From Eledone cirrhosa (taxonomy: Eukaryota): a DNA stretch of 64,000 nucleotides. The notes under the pieces were generated by a model that saw only the letters and a list, made by a program, of their open reading frames with translations, was not told where the DNA came from and searched no databases. Position 1 is the stretch's first letter. Every line of letters begins with the position of its first letter. The stretch is from contig OZ024743.1 of assembly GCA_964016885.1 (NCBI GenBank), forward strand, positions 370,140,001 through 370,204,000, in the 5' to 3' direction. This document shows positions 19,401 to 31,906 of this stretch, one piece after another. The translations under genes were made by a program, and so were the position numbers.

Positions 19401-21832
19401 CGTATGGCAAGATCCAAACATCTCCGAAAAAGCACAGCAACTCCACCCCCCGATCTCGGACGGCTGGGAGAGGCGTACACATCGTAGCCGCCGAAGATCG
19501 GTGCGAAGGCCCGTGCTTCGGAGATTCTGGTCTCGCTGATTGCCACCACATCTATGTTTAGTGACCTGAGGTCGTTGAGCAGGTGGCCCTGCTTCCATGA
19601 CGACCCCAAGCCACGCGCACATATGCTGCCTATTCTGAGTGAGGTCATGTTGAAATGGAGTGGAAAAGATGGGAAAGACCACTTACCTTACTTCTCGTAG
19701 AGGAAGGACGGTTTCTCCATCCTTTTCACTGCTTGTGGCCTCCTCAGGAAGGATGTCCTTATAAATCCTCCTGGAGAGTGCTTGTCGGAAGTCTCCGATG
19801 TCTTTGGGAAATTTGTGTTTTAGTGTCATGTACGTTTTCTGTGTGATACGAGTGATTTGTATGTGTGGAGGTGGTGTGAATTTTTGGGTTGTTGTGTAGT
19901 CCTTTTCTGTGATGCTGGTGTTGTGTTGGATGTAGTGTAATAATTGCTTGTTGTTCAAATTTAATGCTGTGTAGTGTGTATCGTTTTGGTTGTTTTGTTT
20001 TGTTTGCGTTTGTTGTGGGTTTGTTTCTGTTTCGCATTTTGGTGACTTTTGTGGTGTAGGTGATGGTGGTGTTGGGGTTAATGATGGTGATGGTGTTGGT
20101 GTTTGGGGTGGTGGGGTTGGTGATGCTGGTGTGGATGGTGGCATATCTGTCCTAACTTTTTTGTTTGTTAATTTATTTGTTTCCCTCTGTATTTTGTTTT
20201 TGGAGGGGGAAGGAAGAGAATTTTTTTCTTTTTTTGTTTCTTTTTTTCTTTTTTTCTTTTTTCCTGATACCGTTTCCCACTCCTCGTCGTCACAATCTGT
20301 CTCCAGTTGTGATAGGCCGAGGAGTGGAAAATCCTCCACAGGCGTTAGTTTTGGTTGTGGCGTGGTGGATGGTGTAGGCGCTGGTGCTAGTTCTGAAGCC
20401 GTAGGTGGTGGTGGTGGTGTTGGTTTTTCTACTGTTGCTGGGGTTGTTGCTGTTATAGTTGCTTCTGTTGTTGCTGCTACAGTTGTTGCTGCCATCTCTG
20501 CTACTGGTGGTGTTGATGCTTGAGTCACTGGGGTGGGTAGGAGACGTGGCCTCAACCTTTTAGCCTGAGGGCAGAAAGCCGTTAGGTGGGTTCCTTCACC
20601 ACAAACGACACACCTAGGCCTTCTGCCCTCGACAATTACGGTGAGATGGCTGCCGTCAGTAAGGTCTATTACCTCTGGGATCTCCTCAATGCTTTTTGGG
20701 TCCGCTTGGATCAGGAGCTCCATCCCAGATCCGGACCAGTTCTTCTGCTTTTCTTTTGCTATTGCTATTATCTTGGTGTTGGCTTCGATGCAGGTGAGGA
20801 CGGCCGCTATTAGCCAAGGAATTTCGATGGCCGGTGGAACGTGGGTCACCCTGATCTTTACGAGTCTCTGGCCACAATAGCTTGGGACGAGTGTGAAGTC
20901 GTCACTTCTTAATGGGGCCATGGAGTGTTCTCTAGCCTCCTCTGGTGTTTCAAAGAACACGTCCACGGTTCCATACTTCTGCCCACGTCTGATGTGGGTT
21001 TTTCCTGCCCACACATGTCCCAAAGCTTTTTGGATTTGGGACGCCCGTTCCACTCGGCGCGATTTTACATTAATTGTTCGATACGACACGGTGCATAGGC
21101 GCCGATGCTCCATTTTATTAGGTGGGGGAGGGGGGGGGGGGCTGACCCTGTACCCATCTTTCTTTACCATTTTTTGGCATTTTCTAATTCCTCCTGAGTT
21201 ACCTGAAATGCTTCGCACTGTTTTGCTACGCTGGCAAAATTCAGGGTGTTTTTTTTAATGTCACTGTTGCTGTTGTTGTTATCGTTATTTTTGTTATTAT
21301 TAATTTTAGTTTCAGTTGTGGTGGTGGTGACGTCAGTGGTGTTCGGTGTGGAATAGTTCATTTTGGTTGAATTCATTTCGATATCACGAGTTAATTTTTT
21401 TTTCTTTTGTTTCTGTTGTCGCTGTGGATGTGGTGGGGGTGGCGGCTTTAACACCTGCAGTCATTGGTAATGGCGGGAAATGAATGTCTGCCTGAGACAA
21501 ATTTAAAATATTACTACTGCTTATATTTTTAGTGTTGGCAAACTTAGTAATATTTACAATGGTGGTGTCGGTGTGAGGTGTTAGTTTGTGAGGAAGGTGT
21601 GAATCAGAGTCGTCCATGATTTTTCAAAGAAAAATCTTTGTTTGATAATTATAAAAGTTTAAATTTTGGGCTCAAGGCCCCAATCTTTTTGAGTGTCCTT
21701 TTCAGAAAACAATGTATGTGCACTTATATACAGTTAACAATAAAAATTTTCCATAAATGGCAATTTGAAACAACTGAAAATAACAAACCTTTGCGGAGCT
21801 CACAATAATACGATTTACTACGTAGGTCGCCC
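16406..21832 (-). mobile_element. L1/Tx1-like LINE (family A, copy 2) with both ends intact and an internal deletion in ORF2
   Basis: Near-identical to 1167-7074. ORF1 19683-21617; ORF2 16649-19648. Lacks the segment equivalent to about 3662-4088. Flanked by (AAT)n 16357-16405 and 21833-21858. Confidence 0.93.
19683..21218 (-). CDS. Tx1-like ORF1 core (CCHC knuckle); N-terminal part frameshifted
   Basis: 511-aa frame with RPRCVVCGEGTHLTAFC, basic KKKKRKK patch and Pro/Thr-rich tracts. Confidence 0.8.
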   Translation of the reverse strand: MRSISGNSGGIRKCQKMVKKDGYRVSPPPPPPPNKMEHRRLCTVSYRTINVKSRRVERASQIQKALGHVWAGKTHIRRGQKYGTVDVFFETPEEAREHSMAPLRSDDFTLVPSYCGQRLVKIRVTHVPPAIEIPWLIAAVLTCIEANTKIIAIAKEKQKNWSGSGMELLIQADPKSIEEIPEVIDLTDGSHLTVIVEGRRPRCVVCGEGTHLTAFCPQAKRLRPRLLPTPVTQASTPPVAEMAATTVAATTEATITATTPATVEKPTPPPPPTASELAPAPTPSTTPQPKLTPVEDFPLLGLSQLETDCDDEEWETVSGKKKKRKKETKKEKNSLPSPSKNKIQRETNKLTNKKVRTDMPPSTPASPTPPPQTPTPSPSLTPTPPSPTPQKSPKCETETNPQQTQTKQNNQNDTHYTALNLNNKQLLHYIQHNTSITEKDYTTTQKFTPPPHIQITRITQKTYMTLKHKFPKDIGDFRQALSRRIYKDILPEEATSSEKDGETVLPLREVR

Positions 21833-21858
21833 ATAATAATAATAATAATAATAATAAT

Positions 21859-24647
21859 TAAATCATCCCATACCTTGAGGCGAGGAACATTCACAATTGC
21901 AATAATATCTTCAAAGCAACCGCAAATGCGGCGAGGAAATTACTTGGCATAAAAACGAGAGGAAACAAACAAATAAGAAAGATCAGAACCTTGGTGGAAG
22001 AAACGACTGAATGGTCAAATCAAGGAAATTAGAAAAGGCATTGGAAAGCTTGAGTTATACTGAATAGGACATTACAAAATATAGACACTAAAGACAGATT
22101 GAAAATAAAATACAAAACTAGGAGGAAAAAGCTAAATATTATCATAGAGGAACTGAAGCAGCGCATTGTAGCAAAAAGTGCAAAGATTAGGTGGTATGAG
22201 AACAGAGTTAGTCAGTATAGACAGAACCGCATGTTTGACAACAACCAGAAGATGTTGTTTGGACAGCTTGAAGGGAAAGAAAGAAGCAACGACGTGATCC
22301 CTGAGGCGGATCAGTCTAAGACATTCTGGAGAGGAATATGCGAGCAGGATTTTGAACATAATAGTCAGGCAATGTGGATTGAGACAGTTCAAAAGGAGAT
22401 TAGTGAACAAGCACACCAACAACCTGATTTGAGTATCACAGTTGAAACTCTTAAAGGGCATGCCGCAAAACCAACTGGAAATCACCAGGCCCAGATGGTG
22501 TGCAGGGGTATTAGATTCAAAATATAACATCCCTCCACCCGAAACTGACAACCATGTTCAATGACTGTTTGATGACGGGTGAGGTACCAGAGTGGTTGAT
22601 AAAAGGTACCACAGTTCTGGTTATGAAAGACCGAATCAAGGGTTATGATGTTACCAAATATAGGCCTATGACATGGCTGTGCGTAATGTGGAAACTGTTA
22701 ACAAGCATTGTGTCTGAGGAAATCTACCATCACTCCCATATAAACAACTTCTTACCGGATGAACAGAAAGGATGCCGAAAGAAGTCCCGTGGTACAAAAG
22801 ACCAGTTACTTATTGATAAGATGGTAAGGAAGAATTGCAAGAGGAGGCACACTGGTCTTGCCAGGGGATGGATAGATTACAAAAAGGCATTCGATATGGT
22901 ACCTCATTCTTGGATAACCGAAAGCCTAGAGATCTTCAAGGCAGATAACATCACACAGTTGTTGAGCAAGAGTATGAAATCCTGGGAAACAGAGTTAACA
23001 TCGGGTGGAGAATCCTTGGGAGGCGTGAAGATCAAGAAAAGTATCTTCCAGGGAAATAGTTTATCCCCTCTGCTGTTTGTCCTTGCCCTAATACTCCTGT
23101 CCGTTATATTGCGAAAAGTAAGAGCAGGATACAAGTTGGGAAGAGGAGAGCTTACCATCAACCACCTCCTCTTTGGGAAGAGTGAGAAGGAGTTGAATGT
23201 ACGTGTTGACACTGTCCGTATTTTCAGCAATGATATATGTATGGAATTTGGTATTAATAAGTATGGATTCCTAGTGATGAAGAGGGGTAAATTGAGCAGA
23301 ACCAACGGAATCCAGGTACCAACAGGTTAGATGAAAAAGCAAATTGATACTGAGGAGGGATACAAATATTTAGGTGTTCTGGAGGCAGATGACATCAAGA
23401 ACAAAAAAATGAAGGAATTGATAAGGAGAGTAAGGAGCGTATTAAAATCACATCTAAATAGAAGGAGTATCATGAGTGCAGTAAATTCCCGAGCTGTGTC
23501 TATTATTAGGTACAGTGCGGGATTCTGAAATAGAATGTTGCTGAAAAAAAAGAAATAGATAGGAAGACTAGGAAGCTATTGACTATCTACAACATGTTCC
23601 ACAAGAGGAGTGATGTCGATAGACTCTACTTAAAGAGATCTGAAGGTGGAAGTGGTCTTATCAGCATAGAGGACTGTCTTCAGATGGAGAAAAACAACCT
23701 GCACAAATATGTGACTGACAGTAGGGAGCCAATGCCCAAAATTGTACTGAAGGAGAGGACAATAGACCAGGGGATGTCCAAGGAGGAAATAACATCAAGG
23801 AGGAAGAGCAACCTTCATGAAATATCCCTTCATAGCACCTTCTTTAAGAAAACTGAATTTAGAGATCCACAGACATGGAACTGGTTAAAAAGAAGGGACC
23901 TTAAAAAATCTGCAGAAGGAATGCTAATGGCTGCGCAAGAGCAAGCCCTCAGAATGAAGTGGGTGAAACACCATATTGACAAGGAGGAGGTTAGCTCATG
24001 TGTAGGATCTGTGGAGAGAGAGAGGAGACTGTGGCTCACATTGTATCCGAGTGTAAACACCTAGCCCAGACTCACTATAAAGGCTGGAGACATGGTGTCA
24101 TGGACAGGGTGATCCACTGGCATCTATGCAAAGTAAACAATTTACCACATTCTGAGAAGTGGTATGAGGATAAGCCAGTGTCGGTGATAGAAAACGATCA
24201 GGTGAAGGTGCTATGGGATTTTAGGATACAGACGGATAAGAAATTAGAACACAATAGGCCTGACCTGGTGGTTTTGGTCAAAGACAAAAGATCATGCCTG
24301 ATTGTAGATGTACTCTGCCCATTTGACACGAGAGTGCAAGAAAAGGAGAGGGAGAAAATTAACCGATACCAGGATTTAAAATGAGAGCTAAAAAGGATTT
24401 GGAACTGCCATGAAATGAAGTTCGTCCCGATTGTCATAGGCGCACTAGGTACTATCTCAAAGAGTTTCCAAGGATGGCTAAAGAAGATTAGTCCAGCCCC
24501 GATTTTTGGAACATTTCAAAAAGCATGCTTGCTGAGAACAGCAAGAACCCTCTGATATGTCCTGAATATCTGAGGCTGAAGGTAGCGACGTGATATTCAT
24601 TTCAACAAACTTTCCAGTTAAATAACATCAATGACTGAGACTCAAAG
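21859..24647 (+). mobile_element. 5'-truncated, decayed R4/Dong-like LINE (family D1, older copy)
   Basis: ORF pieces 22099-24384 colinear with 8943-11453, with several stops and frameshifts. Same 3' UTR. Degenerate AAT tail 24648-24670. Confidence 0.9.
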
Positions 24648-24670
24648 AACAATAATAAAAATAATATTAT

Positions 24671-24882
24671 GATTTCTTATATAGGCACAAGGCCAACATT
24701 TTGGGGGTGGGGAAAGTCGTTTAAATCGAACCCATTGCGTGACTGGTACTTTATTTTATCGACCCCGTAAGGATGAAAGGCAAAGTTAACCTCGGCGGGA
24801 TTTGAACTCAGAATGGCAAGGGCCGTAACTCTATGCGTCAAAGCATGGCGTCCACCCCTCTATCGATACTGCCAATTCACGG
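24671..24882 (-). mobile_element. tRNA-headed SINE (CORE-type, octopus-like)
   Basis: B box GAGTTCAAATCC (24798-24809, minus), then GCCTTTCATCCTT..GGGGTCGATAAAATAAAGTACCAGT; tail GGCCTTGTGCC..AGAAATCA plus TTA-like repeat. Relatives at 47231, 54760 and 56750. Confidence 0.8.
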
Positions 24883-24895
24883 TAATAATAATAAT

Positions 24896-25647
24896 CGTTT
24901 CTTTATTGGCCACAAGGGCTAACATGAAGAAAACCATTACAGACGGCACAGAACAGTACAGGACGATACAAAGTGGGTTATGGCCGTGTAAACCACCACC
25001 TGTTGTTGACGATCGCACCCGTCAACGCACGCTTAACTAATTCGCTAATCCGGTCTCTGTAAGCTTTTCGCGCCGGGAACGACGCCTTCAGCTTCCAATA
25101 GCCGGGCCCTTGCCTAAGTAGTCTTTCTAAGTCACAGATCACAAATTTGTGGTCCGTGTAATCGACTACTTTAAATTGTGGACAACCTACACTAGCCTTA
25201 TCTGTTTCCCTACAGAATACCCTATCTAAACACGGTCTGGCTGACTCGATGTGATTTGCCCATGTTCACATTGGCACATTTGGATAATCCAGTCTATACC
25301 TGTCAGACAGTTCAAAACGTCTGAGCTGGTTCTTGAGGATTTTACACCCTCCTCTGTCCCACATAATCCCAGCGTGCATTTTAAGATACCATTCCAGTCG
25401 CTTACTAACACTAAAAAGCGGGACGTTCCCAGAGAGGTCTCTAGACGTCTGAAAAGATCTGGCCGTTCTGCCCCTGCTGGGGCCTAGACGGCTACTAGCC
25501 TGAAAGCATTGCCTTCGCTGCCGGCCACGTCCAGCACCACCGACTTACCTTCTGGGTCCAGGAAGATGTCCCGTATGTCGAGATCCAAGCCTCTCCGAAA
25601 AAGCACAGCAACTCCGCCTAACGTTCCTGGACGGCTAGCAGACGTGT
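24896..25647 (-). mobile_element. Internally deleted, 5'-truncated Tx1-like LINE (APE fragment fused to the last ~95 nt of the 3' UTR)
   Basis: 24896-24990 matches the 3' end at 58057-58150. 24990-25647 matches the APE region (GGVAVLFRRGLDLDIRDIFLDPEGK). Short TAA tracts on both sides. Confidence 0.85.
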
Positions 25648-25656
25648 ATAATAATA

Positions 25657-28600
25657 CGTTTCCTTTATTGAGCACAGGGGCCTACATATAAGGGACAATA
25701 CAATAGACAGGGACAGTGGGGTTTACAATAAGTTTAGTCAAAATATATATATAAAACAATAAGAATGGTCAAAAGAATTGCCACAATAAAGATTCCCGAT
25801 TAGGGGGAGAACCACACGGGGGCGACTCAAGTACCCCACCAATCCTGAACCAACCGACGTTCCGAGAGCCCCCAAGCAAAACACTCCTCTTCAAATCAGC
25901 CAGAGTACAGGTGTACTATGATTAGGTCCATTTACACGGGTTATTCTCGCAACATTCATCCACCTTTTAATAAATGCACTTGGAGGAGAACTTACCTCTC
26001 CACCCTCACCTTCCTTTCCAGGTGAAACTTCAAAACCTTGATGAGCAATTGGCTGAAGAGAAAAGTGTCTGCCTTCAGGTTTTCAACCTCATTTGCCACA
26101 CAACCGCTTTCACTGAAAGAGAAACACTTCCTTCCCTTCACAGCTGAAAGAAGGCGGCTTGGCAATCTTCACTATGTACTCGGTTGATAGCCGGATCCGT
26201 CCCACACGCGATAACAGCTGTTCGACATAATTCCACAAGTCAGTAATGCACAGACATTGGATGAGTGTCTGCAGAAAAGTTTCGTCGGTCTGCACGCATC
26301 TCAGGCAGGTGCATCTGAGCACACATCAATGTCTGTAGAGTTTATCTAAAACCGGCAGACCTCCCACCCACCTTGTAGCACTGCCAAACGAGTGATTTCT
26401 GAAAGTTGTACATAGTCCCCCGATTGAATGTCGTCCAGAACAGGCTAGTCAGTTCGATTTTGTTGACACCCAGACCTTATCCAACAGTGCAGTAGCACAA
26501 TCGCACAACCAATTCTCCATAAAATTTCCACTGACCGCATTGCCCGCCTGGTAGAGGGCAGTGATCACCGGGCAACATTCCAGATGCCAGGTGCCCAATC
26601 TAGGTCTCATCTTGACTTAGGTCCTAAGCTCAGTCAAAGAGACGAGTTGAGGAAAGGTGTGTCTCACAAACGGTGACCACACCTATTCACCGTTTAAGAA
26701 AGTCTGAAGATCCCGAAGCGTCAGTGTATGTTTGCGCAATCATCTGCCATGGCATGCCCATCCCTCCGCGTAGAGGGTGCTGGCATCAGATGGTCCGTCT
26801 CACCAATGGAACCAGTTCCTTCCACAAAAAGTTGAAGAGCAGGTATTCCAATATGGTATGGTATGAACGGGGTAAAGGCACAAGGGACGCGATGTACGCG
26901 TTCGCTACCTCCGCCCGCCCATTAAGGGATAGCTTCCTCCCGGTCCATTTCTGAGTGAGAATAGCCTCGTTTCCTTGTCCCACTTTTATCCACCAGATCT
27001 GGTTCGAACCAAATCCCAAGCAACTTCACCGGTCCGTTCGTCCAGCAGCCGACTACATTGTTCAACGGCATGTATTTTCCTCTCCAGGTACCGAGATGCA
27101 AATCCACTGTCTTTTCCAGGTTCAGTTTTGCTCTCGTCAACTTTTCATATTCTCCTAAGAAGGTGCCGACCACCTTGATTCCCGAGGCGTTCGACACTAT
27201 CACAGTGATATCACCCGCATATACCGACACAGCCCTTCCATGTCCTGGTTCGAACGGGGGGTGCCCTGCTCCAGCTTCCACAGTAATGGCTGGAGAATCA
27301 ATACCTACAAAAGACAGGAGAGAGGGTACCATTGACGGACTGATCGCGTGATCTGAAATAGTTCCGAAATGTGGCCATTTGCTTCGACCAACTAGTAGAT
27401 GTCGCTGTACATTGCAGTGATCCAGTTTTGAAGACGGGATCAAAGCCAACTGCCTTCAGGACAGCCTTCAGGTATGGATGGTCGACCCTAATGTAAGCTC
27501 TTTCTGTTGATCTAAATTGATTTAGGTCCAACAAAGCCAGGTTTACACCACACCCTCTCTATGATATATCGCATGAGGTAGAGTTTGTCGTGTATGGACC
27601 TAATCGAGATTGCGCATGTTTGCACCTCCCCTCCAATCTCTTCGCTAACACCTTCGCTAACACCTTCACCAAAATCTTAAACATTGTTTAGAAGAGTTAT
27701 GGGTTTGAAATTGTCTAGCGTATGCCTTTTGTTCTCGTCTTTCCGCATCAGCATTATAACGCACCGGCTCAAAGAACTGGGAATACTACCGTTCTGCTGT
27801 CAGTTGCAGTAGAGCGCTTCGGGGAGATCGGAGAACAAGTCTGGCATATCTACGTAAAGCACGTAGGGAGATCATCCAAACGGGTGACTTGCGCCTTGTG
27901 CAACCAACTAGGGCACCCAGAATCTCGTCTGAAGTTATCGGCCTTTCGCAGCGCTCACCATCGGCTCTCGTGAGATGCGGTAGGCCCTCGAATTAGGGAC
28001 AGAAGTCCACCAACGCCTCTGACTCCCCGCTCATCCCGAACAGTTTAGTGAATTGCTGGCGAAAGGCCTTATACATCTGCCTGGAATCGTTCAGCTCGCG
28101 TTCGTCTCGGTGCATCAAAGACCGAATTGTGGTTTTGTTACCACGCGGGCCCATCGAACAGCTTTCATTCTCTCTTTTTTTAGAGCACCTGCCTTAACTC
28201 TGTCAATCAAATCTTCGTGTTATGCATTGAGAAATGGTCTAATGCCATTCTCACTGCAAGCGCGTCAGTTGTAATGCCACTACTAATAACCACGTCTAAT
28301 TTAGCACCCCCTCCTTTCTATTTTTCTCTAAGCCTACTTCGTTATTAAAACCTATCGACATTACTCAAATCTCTCCTTTGAGAGCCCCACACCCATTTGT
28401 TGTTGACGACCTCCCTTGTCAACTTTTTCTTAACTAAATTGTTGACCTGGTCCCTGCAGACGTCACGTGCCGAGAACGACATGTTCAGTTTCAAACAAAC
28501 AGGTCCTTACCTGAGTGTCTTATCGTGATCGACCACGCAGATCACAAACGTGGGGCCTGAATAGGCGACCGTTTGGATATGTAGGTAACCTATGCCATCC

Positions 28601-31138
28601 TTATTTATAGACCTAATAAAAGACCTATCTATATACGATTAAGATGACACTATGTGGTTGGTCCAGGTCTACACTGACGCATTAGGGAAATCTTGTCGGT
28701 ACCTGTCAGACAGTTGGAACTGGCTTATCAGCATTCCCTGCTCCTATCAGCTACTCCCACACAACCCCAGCGTACGTCTACGATGCCATTCCAGTCGCCT
28801 GCTAAGAGTAAAGAGTGGGACCTTCTCAGAGAGGCTTCCAGAAGCCTAAAGAAAATCCGGGCATCCAGTCCCGGTCGAGGCGTAGACAAGCCACCAGTCT
28901 AAAGGCACCACCTTTGCTATTGCTCACGTCCGGGACCACCAGCTTACCTTCCGGATCCAGGAAGCTCGACCTTACCTCGAGATACAGGCCTTTTCTAATC
29001 AGCACTGGCACCCCACCTCCCATTCTCGGCCGATTAAGAGATGCGAAGGTATGATAGTCGTCAAAAAATTGTGGGGCAGTGCGCGCATGTCGGAAATCCT
29101 GGTCTTGCTGACAGCAGTCACACCCATATCTAGTGACCTGGGTCGTTCAGAAGGTGATCCTGCTTCCAGCACGTCCCTAGGTTACGAATATCCAACATTC
29201 AAACATTCCACTTTTAAGAGGGTCCTGTTGGCCGGTTGAATTGAGAGAGGAAAGGTCTACTTACCTCCCGGGGGCTTGTGGAGGTCAGATGTTTCCACTC
29301 CCGTATTCGGTGGAGTTTCTTTTGAAAACCCCTTAAGCAGTCTGCTTTCTGATCTTATATTCGGGGTTCCCACGTCTCGAGGATGCTGTTCCTAATCCCC
29401 TTGTCGAGTGACATTGTGTTTATTGTAGGTGTAGTGTTTGTGATTTCAGATGTTTGTGTGTTCTTTTGTTCTTGCGTTTGTTTTGGTTGTTTGCGTTTGG
29501 GGGGTTGTGGTGGTGTGGTGGTGTGGTGGAGTTGTTTGTTGTTGTTATGGAGCTGTTTATGTTTGTGTGTTAAGTTTGCATTTTCTGTTGTGGGTTTTGT
29601 GTGATGGGTAGAGTTTTTTGTGTGCCTTCTCTATTGTTTTTTTTTGTTTTTTGTTCTTTTGGCAGTTTTGCCTCGCCTACGCTACTGGATTTGTGTCTGT
29701 GTTTGTATTTGCGTTTGTGTCAATGTGTATATGGGGGATGGAGCTTTCTTTGTCTTTCCTCTGGATCTTCATCGTTGGTAGTGGCGTTTTCGCTAGTGTT
29801 GCTGCTGGTGTTGGTAGTAGTCCCCACTCCGGCGTCGGCAGTATTGGAGGATTTCGACACCTTGCCTTTTTTTAGCTGAGAGCAAAAGGCTCGCGTTGTT
29901 TCTCGGCAGACGAAACAGTGCGGCTCTCTGATCTCAGTCATTATTTGCAGTACCATCCCGTTTTGGAAACGGGCGTAGGCCAGGATTTTATTAGGTCTTC
30001 TGGCCTGCTTTGGAGATACTTCAAATTAACATAGGACCAATTCACCCTGGCTGTTCTTGTTGCTGCTATCGGGACGGCATCTGTCTCCTCCACAATCACG
30101 CATCCCAGGAGCAGCCACAAGTCCCTTCTTGGTGGAATACTTGGAATGGGACTGGAACTGTTCTTTTTCCCACGTGGGTGGGGTACATTATGACCTTGCT
30201 GGTTTTGTAAGGGGTCACCAAGTGTTTCACAGCAGGGGCCTCTGACTTAAACAACACCGAGATGGTACCATAATGTCCACCCCTCGCTATGAACTCGATG
30301 TCACCTCTGATGCATTTCAGCGCAGCTACAATTTCGCCTTGCGGATTGGTGGCAGCTTTGTGTCTGCACTAAAATGCATCTAAATGTTACCATTCTCCTT
30401 TCCAGTGCTTCTGTGTCCTCTGTCGGGATGGTTAAGTTGTCTCATGTTTGCTCTTGTTTAATGCTTCTATACCTGGGCCAACTTTTTGTCCTTTTCACTA
30501 AGTACTATGCTAAAGCTTGGCCTGTTTTTTTGTGTTTTCTTTTTTCTTTTTACTGCAGCAGCGAAAGGTTTATTTTTCTTTGTTCGCTGTGCTGTTGCTG
30601 TGAAATCGTTGTTGTTTTTGTTCTCCTTCGAGTTATTCTTGTTTTTGTTGTGTTGTTGTGGTGCAGTTGGTGTTGTTTTGGTCGCTGTTGCAGCTGGTGT
30701 TGATGTTGTTGCTTTCACTTTTTACCTTTTTGCTGTTGTTTTTAGTGCTGTCTTTTTCTATGTTGTTGTTGGTGGTGTTACTAATATCGTTGTTGGTATT
30801 GTTATTGTCTGTTGTACTGTTAGTAGTTACATTATTCATAATGGGGGTGCTGATGGGGACGGTGCTTTTACTCTCAACATTTAAGTCGTTGTCAAACGAC
30901 AGCAGATAGACTCAACGTTGGAAGGGGACGTGGCTCCACCATGTTTTTTGAAGAAAAGAAATCTAACAAAAAATAATGTTCAAATGTTTGAGCCCAGAGG
31001 CCCAAATATTATGGGGTCGCCTTTACACAGGCTAATTATACAGTTCGTGAAAAATATTCAACAAATTCCACTTTGAAACAATTCAAAATAACCAACTTTC
31101 TGGAGCCGATGTGAACACGTCTATCGCAAACGTGCACC
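25657..31138 (-). mobile_element. Full-length but heavily decayed L1/Tx1-like LINE (family B)
   Basis: Remnants AVSVYAGDITVIVS, RKLSLNGRAEVANAYIAS, FLDPEGKLVV, EPHCFVCRETTRAFC. 3' end AATAAAGGAAACG plus TATTATTAT. Degenerate TAA 31139-31165 at the 5' end. Confidence 0.85.
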
Positions 31139-31635
31139 AAAATAGTAATAACAATAATAATAATATTATGAGTAACACATTACACACATTCTTTTATTTG
31201 GGATGAATTTGTGCAATTTTGCATAATTACATCGCCCGCGATTGGTTTCCGTAAGTGACCAAGAATCAATGTAAAAGTAATATATTTTCCATACGTAACA
31301 GACTCGTGGGAGCCGTTTTAAAATGTATCTTCCCCTAACTCCCCGAAACCACTAAGCCTTCACTACACATATACACAGAAAAATATAATCATTCAAGCAT
31401 ACAGCAGATAATATTACAATCTATAAAACTCACTAAAAAATGAAGTACTCTGATTGGTTGAAAAAAACAAAAAACAATTTATTCAACAATTTATGTAACA
31501 ACAAAATTATATTTGCCCTGTCATTGTTGAGGTAAGTGGTACTTTTTAGAAATAACAACATTCTGTCGTTGCGTCATTTTTTCAATATGTGTTTACTACT
31601 TATATATATTATGTGAAGAAACATATACCTGTAAA

Positions 31636-31743
31636 AAAAAGTATGACCCCGACGGCAAAGCTCAAGCCGTTTCGACGGCTATTTTCTAGTCCAGAAATAG
31701 CCGTCGAAACGGCTTGAGCTCTGCCGTCAGGGTCATACTTTTT
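31636..31743. repeat. Foldback palindrome (~49 bp arms)
   Basis: AAAAAGTATGACCC.GACGGCA.AGCTCAAGCCGTTTCGACGGCTATTT and its reverse complement around a ~10 nt spacer. Confidence 0.9.
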
Positions 31744-31825
31744 CCTATTTCCCATTCTACTACCCTAAGTATTGAGTACTCTGGTGCGTTATGGTCCATC
31801 TGGTTCCTTACCACAATTCCTTTGT

Positions 31826-31893
<68 letters not shown>

Positions 31894-31906
31894 CATGTAT
31901 GTATAG

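Noticed and set aside
1-31165. Telomeric retrotransposon array or CRISPR-like array
   Set aside because: No TTAGGG/TTAGG tracts, and ordinary interspersed repeats continue beyond the chain. No constant repeat-spacer periodicity or cas genes; the context is eukaryotic.
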